A stretch of 64,000 nucleotides of DNA, from NCBI GenBank assembly GCA_964016885.1, contig OZ024740.1, forward strand, positions 85,498,001 to 85,562,000, in the 5' to 3' direction. Numbering within the stretch: position 1 is the stretch's first letter; each line of letters opens with the position of its first letter. The translations under genes and the position numbers were made by a program. Below the pieces are notes generated by a model. It was not told the origin of the DNA and did no database searches. It was given only the letters and a program-made list of their open reading frames with translations. Of this stretch, positions 50,701-64,000 are shown in pieces. This stretch comes from Eledone cirrhosa (taxonomy: Eukaryota).

Positions 50701-53010
50701 TTTCCAGGGGTTGACATAGAAGTTGTTTAGGGTAATTTACTGGAGTCGATTTTGCCCTTTATCTTTCCAGGCGTTGATATAGAAGTCGTTTAGGGTAATT
50801 TACTGGGGTCGACTTTGCCCTTTATCTTTCCAGGGGTTGATATAGAAGTTGTTTAGGGTAATTTACTGGAGTCGACTTTGCCCTTTATCTTTCCAGGGGT
50901 TGATATAGAAGTTGTGTTGGGTAATTTACTGGGGTCGACTTTGCCCTTTATCTTTCCAGGCGTTGATATAGAAGTTGTTTAGGGTAATTTACTGGAGTCG
51001 ACTTTGCCCTTTATCTTTCCAGGCGTTGATATAGAAGTTGTGTTGGGTAATTTACTGGGGTCGACTTTGCCCTTTATCTTTCCAGGCGTTGATATAGAAG
51101 TTGTTTAGGGTAATTTACTGGAGTCGACTTTGCCCTTTATCTTTCCAGGCGTTGATATAGAAGTTGTGTTGGGTAATTTACTGGGGTCGACTTTGCCCTT
51201 TATCTTTCCAGGCGTTGATATAGAAGTTGTTTAGGGTAATTTACTGGAGTCGACTTTGCCCTTTATCTTTCCAGGGGTTGATATAGAAGTTGTGTTGGGT
51301 AATTTACTGGGGTCGACTTTGCCCTTTATCTTTCCAGGCGTTGATATAGAAGTTGTTTAGGGTAATTTACTGGGGTCGACTTTGCCCTTTATCTTTCCAG
51401 GCGTTGATATAGAAGTTGTTTAGGGTAATTTACTGGGGTCGACTTTGCCCTTTATCTTTCCAGGGGTTGATATAGAAGTTGTGTTGGGTAATTTACTGGG
51501 GTCGACTTTGCCCTTTATCTTTCCAGGGGTTGATATAGAAGTTGTTTAGGGTAATTTACTGGGGTCGACTTTGCCCTTTATCTTTCCAGGCGTTGATATA
51601 GAAGTTGTTTAGGGTAATTTACTGGGGTCGACTTTGCCCTTTATCTTTCCAGGCGTTGATATAGAAGTTGTTTAGGGTAATTTACTGGGGTCGACTTTGC
51701 CCTTTATCTTTCCAGGGGTTGATATAGAAGTTGTTTAGGGTAATTTACTGGGGTCGACTTTGCCCTTTATCTTTCCAGGGGTTGATATAGAAGTTGTTTA
51801 GGGTAATTTACTGGGGTCGACTTTGCCCTTTATCTTTCCAGGCGTTGATATAGAAGTTGTGTTGGGTAATTTACTGGGGTCGACTTTGCCCTTTATCTTT
51901 CCAGGCGTTGATATAGAAGTTGTTTAGGGTAATTTACTGGGGTCGACTTTGCCCTTTATCTTTCCAGGGGTCGATATAGAAGTTGTTTAGGGTAATTTAC
52001 TGGGGTCGACTTTGCCCTTTATCTTTCCAGGGGTTGATATAGAAGTTGTTTAGGGTAATTTACTGGGGTCGACTTTGCCCTTTATCTTTCCAGGGGTTGA
52101 TATAGAAGTTGTTTAGGGTAATTTACTGGGGTCGACTTTGCCCTTTATCTTTCCAGGCGTTGATATAGAAGTTGTTTAGGGTAATTTACTGGGGTCGACT
52201 TTGCCCTTTATCTTTCCAGGGGTCGATATAGAAGTTGTTTAGGGTAATTTACTGGGGTCGACTTTGCCCTTTATCTTTCCAGGGGTTGATATAGAAGTTG
52301 TTTAGGGTAATTTACTGGGGTCGACTTTGCCCTTTATCTTTCCAGGCGTTGATATAGAAGTTGTTTAGGGTAATTTACTGGGGTCGACTTTGCCCTTTAT
52401 CTTTCCAGGGGTCGATATAGAAGTTGTTTAGGGTAATTTACTGGGGTCGACTTTGCCCTTTATCTTTCCAGGGGTTGATATAGAAGTTGTTTAGGGTAAT
52501 TTACTGGGGTCGACTTTGCCCTTTATCTTTCCAGGGGTTGATATAGAAGTTGTTTAGGGTAATTTACTGGGGTCGACTTTGCCCTTTATCTTTCCAGGCG
52601 TTGATATAGAAGTTGTTTAGGGTAATTTACTGGGGTCGACTTTGCCCTTTATCTTTCCAGGGGTCGATATAGAAGTTGTTTAGGGTAATTTACTGGGGTC
52701 GACTTTGCCCTTTATCTTTCCAGGGGTTGATATAGAAGTTGTTTAGGGTAATTTACTGGGGTCGACTTTGCCCTTTATCTTTCCAGGCGTTGATATAGAA
52801 GTTGTTTAGGGTAATTTACTGGGGTCGACTTTGCCCTTTATCTTTCCAGGGGTCGATATAGAAGTTGTTTAGGGTAATTTACTGGGGTCGACTTTGCCCT
52901 TTATCTTTCCAGGGGTTGATATAGAAGTTGTTTAGGGTAATTTACTGGGGTCGACTTTGCCCTTTATCTTTCCAGGCGTTGATATAGAAGTTGTTTAGGG
53001 TAATTTACTG
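47724..53010 (+). repeat. 63-bp tandem satellite, ~84 copies, SINE-derived
   Basis: Unit gactttgccctttatctttccaggSgtYgatatagaagttgtKtWgggtaatttactggRgtc; preceded by a SINE head with B box gagttcaaatcc at 47701. Confidence 0.97.
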
Positions 53011-53026
53011 TAAGTTAATTTAGGGT

Positions 53027-53099
53027 AAGTTAGTCCTTCATCAGTGATCTTCCAACCATTATTGGTATGGTTGGAAGATCACTGATGAAGGACTAACTT
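53027..53099. repeat. Perfect 34-bp hairpin containing CTGATGA
   Basis: aagttagtccttcatcagtgatcttccaaccata-ttgg-tatggttggaagatcactgatgaaggactaactt. Confidence 0.9.
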
Positions 53100-53105
53100 T
53101 ATTCA

Positions 53106-53580
<475 letters not shown>

Positions 53581-53610
53581 AGATCAAATGATGGTTAAAG
53601 GAGTTCCATA

Positions 53611-53681
53611 TATTTTATTATGCGCATTTCAAAAACAAACATCATCAAGCAATAATATTTGTGTTTTCATCAGATAAAACA
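53611..53681 (-). ncRNA. Type I hammerhead ribozyme (inverted pLTR copy)
   Basis: Reverse complement of 56006-56076. Confidence 0.8.
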
Positions 53682-54195
53682 GGAGAACATGATATGAAGG
53701 CTAAAAAACACTTGTGGATAGTGCAGTTTTAAATCAACATATGAAAAGTGGTTTTAGATTGATGTGTGATATTGGGAAACGTATTTTATTTAGAGAGGGG
53801 GGGGGGAAAGGATGAAAAGGGAAGGAGATGAGAGGGAGAGATGGGTGATAGAGAGAAAGAGATAGTTTTTATAACTGAGAGGAGATATATTTTTTTACAT
53901 AGAGAGGTTGAAAACCGTTGGAAGATACTGTATAAAATAAAAATTTTGAAAATTAACGAAGGGAGGATATGTGCGAGGAAAACATATTTTATTTAGGGAG
54001 GGGGGGGGGGGTGGAAAGGATGAAAAAAAGGGGGAGGAGATGAGAGTGAAGGTGGAGAGGGAGAGATGGGTGATAGAGAGAAAGAGATAGTTTTTATAAC
54101 TGAGAAAAAGATATATTGTTTTAATATAGAGAGGTTGGGAACCGTTGGAAGATAATGTATAAATTAAAGGAATTTGAAAATTAACGAAGGGAAAC

Positions 54196-55007
54196 TATTT
54201 TTTAGTGCCTTAAATAAATGCTTCCCTCCCTCACATATCTATAGTAAAATATTTAACAAACACACCATCAAATTTTCGTATTCTACATCCTCCAATATTT
54301 CCAACATCATCTCTAAACACAACAAAATATTAAATACTAAATCTCTTCCTTCCAATATTGAATTTCATAATAACAGTAATAGTACTCCCGACGTCATTGT
54401 AAACCCTAGGCTAACTTCTGTAAACCCAAATACAACGTCAAACACAACTTCGTTAAATGTTCATAATCCAACTCTAAATCAAGAAACTATTATTCCTATT
54501 ATTCCTATCGCAAACAACTTCTCCAATCCTATTCCTTCTATAGATAACACTAGATCACTCATTAATAATCTCTCTAATTGCAACTGCCGCATTAAAAATA
54601 AATGTCCTCTCAACAACCATTGCCTCGATAAAAACTTAATTTATGAATGTAAAATTATAACTAGCACCAATTCCTTCACCTATTTTGGCTCCACTTCCAC
54701 CTCTTTTAAAGCTCGTCTCTATAATCATCATTCATCTTTTAAATACAAACTTAAAAGAACTAACACTGCTCTCTCAGAACTCATATGGTCCTTAAAAGAC
54801 AAAAACATTAAATATACCATCTTTTGGAAGAAGATTTCTTCTGCATCCTCATACTTGAACAGCTCTCTATCTAAAATCTGTAATCTCTGCCTAAATGAAA
54901 AATTTACCATTATCTCTAACCTAGATTCTATAATAAATAGACGCTCAGATTTGTTTTCTATCTGCCTGCATAAATTCCATAGAACTTTTCACAAAGTATA
55001 CAGTTAA
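54196..55007 (+). pseudogene. PLE C-terminal linker + GIY-YIG endonuclease, uninterrupted but lacking RT
   Basis: CFPPSHIYSKIFNKHTIKFSYS..CNCR..CPLNNHC..LIYEC..YFGST..FKARLYNH..CNLCLNEK..INRRSDLFSICLH. Confidence 0.88.
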
Positions 55008-56005
55008 TATTCAATTCTTTATCAATTTAGAATCTTTTCTCAAAGGCACATATACATACACCTCTTTAAAATATACCCATCTACCGTACTTTAAAGGGCA
55101 TTATACACTCTATAATACTCGTTTACTCATTACCCTCATTCTATCTTCTCGTAAAATCATAACATTTGTTTTTGTTTTTGTTTTTGTCATTTGAATATTC
55201 ATCCGCAATCATTATTATTTTTTCTCTCTATCATAAATCTTTTTAATCTCAATTTCATCCTTAATTTATTATTATTTTTTTCTCCCCATCAACGAACTCA
55301 TTATTAATACATATTCGCACATATTATCAATTCAATCAATATACAAACTTTAACTTCACATTATTTTTCTCAAATCCTTCTACACACAAACCTTAACAAT
55401 TTTTCTCTTCGCTAATTTTGAAATTGCCACAATACATACATTTCTTCTTTTGACGTTAGAATATTAACCCACAATTATTATTTTTTTCTCTCTATCTTCA
55501 TACATAATTTCCCTTCGTTAATTTTCAAATTCCTTTAATTTATACATTATCTTCCAACGGTTCCCAACCTCTCTATATTAAAACAATATATCTTTTTCTC
55601 AGTTATAAACACTATCTCTTTCTCTCTATCACCCATCTCTCCCTCTCCACCTTCACTCTCATCTCCTCCCCCTTTTTTTCATCCCCCCCCCCTCCCTAAA
55701 TAAAATATTTTTTCCTCGCACATATCCTCCCTTCGTTAATTTTCAAAATTTTTATTTTATACAGTATCTTCCAACGGTTTTCAACCTCTCTATGTAAAAA
55801 ATATATCTCCTCTCAGTTATAAAAACTATCTCTTTCTCTCTATCACCCATCTCTCCCTTTATCTCCTTCCCTTTTCATCCTTCCCCCCCCTCTCTAAATA
55901 AAATATTTTTCCCAATATCACACATCAATCTAAAACCACTTTTCATATGTTGATTTAAAACTGCACTATCCACAAGTGTTTTTTAGCCTTCATATCATGT
56001 TCTCC

Positions 56006-56076
56006 TGTTTTATCTGATGAAAACACAAATATTATTGCTTGATGATGTTTGTTTTTGAAATGCGCATAATAAAATA
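56006..56076 (+). ncRNA. Type I hammerhead ribozyme in PLE pseudo-LTR
   Basis: tgttttat-CTGATGA-long stem II-GAAA-tgcgca-TA-ataaaata; palindromic stem III ATGCGCAT. Confidence 0.85.
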
Positions 56077-56200
56077 TATGGAACTCCTTTAACCATCTTT
56101 TGATCTTATATTATGCATACTCCAGTCCCACAAACTGTAGAGTGCTTCTTATCCGATATCTGCATTGCTTTATTGTACGACAATAAAACTCACCTCCTAC

Positions 56201-57770
<1,570 letters not shown>

Positions 57771-58009
57771 AGAGAAGACTGAGGTTGGCTGGACATGCTC
57801 ACCGACATCCAGAGTTGACATTGCACTCAGTGCTCCTTTGGGAGCCCCTACATGGACACACTAGAAGAGGAAGACCAAGGTTAACATATGTTGATGCCCT
57901 AAGGACAGACACTGGTCTGTTGGAGACGCAGGACATGGCAGCGATAATGAGAGACAGAGACCGTTGGAGAGAACTCGTCCATGGATCTCGGGAATTTTAC
58001 CCGCCTTAG
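57771..58009 (+). mobile_element. RTE-like LINE C-terminal fragment (different family)
   Basis: [45 protein letters not shown]. Confidence 0.8.
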
Positions 58010-58012
58010 AGA

Positions 58013-58043
<31 letters not shown>

Positions 58044-58374
58044 TTTGAGTTTATGTTGGTTGTATACCAACACCTCATTATGCAGGCTGGAGCACTCAAC
58101 GAAGTGCGCAGGTTGGTTTGGTTACTCCGGAGTAGTGTAAAATAAAGTTAAATAAAAGTCAAAAGATTAAAATTTAGCTTCGTTTATTACTGCTATATAT
58201 ATTTTAGTGACAGCCATCTTTGGCTGTGACCTCTTCAGGCAGTTTGAATTAGTATGGTATAGACAAGTACATATGTTGTTTAGGTGTATGATATTGTCAA
58301 TACTCTGATATGCCCAGTTCCTTGTTGGGTTGTTAATTCACTGGGGAACTGGAGTCTATACCATACTAATTCAA

Positions 58375-58429
58375 ACTGCCTGAAGAGGTCACAGCCAAAG
58401 ATGGCTGTCACTGAAATATATATAGCAGT
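58375..58429 (+). ncRNA. Type I hammerhead ribozyme in fold-back cassette
   Basis: actgc-CTGAAGA-ggtcacagcca(aaga)tggctgtcact-GAAA-tatata-TA-gcagt; the inverted copy 58189-58243 has AAAA for GAAA. Confidence 0.85.
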
Positions 58430-58457
58430 AATAAACGAAACTAAATTTTAATCATTT

Positions 58458-59112
58458 AACGAAACGAAATTAAATTTCGTTTCGTTTGTAACTCACTTTT
58501 GTATGACTGACGCTTAAACAATTAAGTTAAAAATGTACATCCACATATGTATACTGAAATACTAGTATGCATATGAATACACACACGTGTACATATGTAG
58601 ATGTACCGAGTTTTCACTGGTCACTTTACTGTGAGTGTCCAGCTATTCTGTATGTAAACACACAGACAAACCGGTTTTTAGAGTCATACTGGTTTTTGAG
58701 GAAACACCTTTCCTCTATTCTCCAGAAAGCCAGACAAGGAATATTGGACTAGTTTCGATGTTGTTACATCTCATCAGCAATATTTACCTATCTTCCGGCC
58801 TCTCTAGAGAATCGTGAAAGCACATATCGTTATATGCTTTTTCTATGAAAATTAGTAGTGGGCAGACCAATTTGCATAGAGCGTGAGTACGTACCGGTTC
58901 AACGGAGACGATAAAAACAAATAACGAAACGAAATTAAATTTCGTTTCGTTTGTAACTCACTTTTGTATGACTGACGCTTAAACAATTAAGTTAAAAATG
59001 TACATCCACATATGTATACTGAAATACTAGTATGCATATGAATACACACACGTGTACATATGTAGATGTACCGAGTTTTCACTGGTCACTTTACTGTGAG
59101 TGTCCAGCTATT
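58458..59112. repeat. ~190-bp direct repeats (58458-58648, 58923-59112) flanking the hammerhead
   Basis: Identical aacgaaacgaaattaaatttcgtttcgttt...gagtgtccagctattc. Confidence 0.9.
58740..58784 (-). ncRNA. Minimal type I hammerhead ribozyme (GUC site)
   Basis: Minus strand: aatattg-CTGATGA-gatg(taacaa)catc-GAAA-ctag-TC-caatatt; all stems perfectly paired, palindromic stem III ACTAGT. Confidence 0.9.
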
Positions 59113-59144
59113 CGAAAAAGCATATAACGATATGTGCTTTCATG

Positions 59145-59269
<125 letters not shown>

Positions 59270-59270
59270 G

Positions 59271-59447
<177 letters not shown>

Positions 59448-59450
59448 GTA

Positions 59451-59490
<40 letters not shown>

Positions 59491-59682
59491 CAATATTAAA
59501 TAAATGGAAACTATATTTATAAAACCATATTTATTTCATTATATATATTTCGGGGATATCATATTAACAATATGCTATGCCTTCCTCAGACAAAATACAA
59601 TATAAACAGTTTTATAGATAAATAGATTCGACATACCGTAACAACACCGACTTGCATTTGGAGAGGTAAACTGTTTATATTG

Positions 59683-59748
59683 TATTTTGTCTGAGGAAGG
59701 CATAGCATATTGTTAATATGATATCCCCGAAATATATATAATGAAATA
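59683..59748 (+). ncRNA. Type I hammerhead motif in fold-back cassette (inverted copy 59532-59597)
   Basis: tattttgt-CTGAGGA-aggcatagcatatt(gtt)aatatgatatcccc-GAAA-tatata-TA-atgaaata; stem II closing pair mismatched. Confidence 0.7.
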
Positions 59749-59879
59749 AATATGGTTTTATAAATATAGTTTCCATTTATTTAATATTGTAAATATACTC
59801 CAAATATTTGTCGAGTGCTTTTATATCAGTTATAAATATTTACTAGTTGTAACCCAACAATTTTAAATATAACTTTCCA

Positions 59880-60916
<1,037 letters not shown>

Positions 60917-61116
60917 NNNNNNNNNNNNNNNNNNNNNNNNNNNNNNNNNNNNNNNNNNNNNNNNNNNNNNNNNNNNNNNNNNNNNNNNNNNNNNNNNNNN
61001 NNNNNNNNNNNNNNNNNNNNNNNNNNNNNNNNNNNNNNNNNNNNNNNNNNNNNNNNNNNNNNNNNNNNNNNNNNNNNNNNNNNNNNNNNNNNNNNNNNNN
61101 NNNNNNNNNNNNNNNN
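60917..61116. other. Assembly gap (200 N)
   Basis: Run of n. Confidence 1.
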
Positions 61117-61710
61117 CATGGAGGAGGGTGTTCCGAGGCCATAGTATCTAGAATAAGGACGGGTTGGAAGAAGTTTAGGGAGCTGCTTCCTCTGTTGACG
61201 AAGAAGGGTTTCTCCCTGTGTACGAAAGGCCGGTTGTATGATGCCTGTGTGAGGAGCGCGATGCTGCATGGTAGTGAGACATGGGCAGCTACCGCAGAAG
61301 ATATGCGACGGCTGGAGAGAAATGAGGCAAGCATGCTCCGTTGGATGTGCAGTGTAAATGTGCGTGAACGACCCAGCATAAATGTGTTGAGAGAGAAACT
61401 GTGTCTGAGAGGGATAGAATGTAGTGTACGGGAGAGGAGACTGAGGTGGTATGGACATGTGATGCGCATGGAGGATGACCGATGGGTGAAGAAGTGCCAG
61501 GAAATGCCAGTTGAAGGAAGACGTGGTAGAGGTAGACCACGAAAAACATGGGCGGAGGTGGTGAGAACAGACCTCAGATCATTGAAGCTCACGGTGGAGA
61601 TGACGAGGGACCGTGACGAGTGGAGAGATGCTGTGCTGAATAAGACCCGTCCCACCCTTGCAAGCAGGGAAAAGCGGACGTAAAATGATGATGATGATGA
61701 TGATGATGAT
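61117..61710 (+). mobile_element. RTE LINE 3' end with intact frame to the (GAT)n tail
   Basis: [26 protein letters not shown]...[13 protein letters not shown]...; stop at 61683 immediately before the tail. Confidence 0.92.

Positions 61711-64000
<2,290 letters not shown>

Larger units (their letters stand above)
53573..56114 (+). mobile_element. Penelope-like element, 5'-truncated, with ~620-bp inverted pseudo-LTR
   Basis: 53573-54195 is the near-perfect reverse complement of 55508-56114; they enclose a GIY-YIG ORF. Confidence 0.9.

Noticed and set aside
47724-53010. CRISPR-like array or repetitive protein (PFIFPGVDIEVVLGNLLGSTL)n
   Set aside because: There are no unique spacers; most units carry TAG in that frame and the other frames have stops in each unit.
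47724-53010. Each unit has an acceptor-like ctttatctttccag|G and donor-like G|GTAATT (micro-exon array)
   Set aside because: The implied introns are only ~39 nt and most 24-nt exons contain stops; likely coincidental.

Overview
AT-rich, repeat-dominated eukaryotic (animal) DNA. The repeat repertoire (RTE LINEs with (GAT)n tails, tRNA-type SINEs, very long (TA)n/(TATG)n tracts, Penelope-like remnants) looks like an octopus/cephalopod genome; that assignment is inference. There are no prokaryotic features, and most ORFs in the supplied track are microsatellite artefacts. Content: (1) a sparse minus-strand host gene inferred only from splice sites and phase-compatible exons (19473-19594, 8244-8411, 3622-3711, possibly 40376-40460, 38270-38297 and 33690-33844), product unknown; (2) a near-full-length but disrupted RTE-clade LINE at ~12.2-15.3 kb plus many fragments, along with CR1-like and CRE-like LINE fragments; (3) two Penelope-like GIY-YIG remnants with long inverted repeats; (4) a tandem cluster of non-autonomous Helitrons; (5) hAT, Tc1/mariner, pogo-like and piggyBac-like MITEs; (6) a 5.3-kb SINE-derived 63-bp satellite; (7) a 200-nt assembly gap. 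The most notable signal is a set of five sequence-unrelated type I hammerhead ribozyme motifs. Four of them lie within 53.6-59.8 kb, most in fold-back cassettes embedded in (TA)n tracts, and three have no coding sequence (retrozyme-like or non-autonomous Penelope-derived cassettes).
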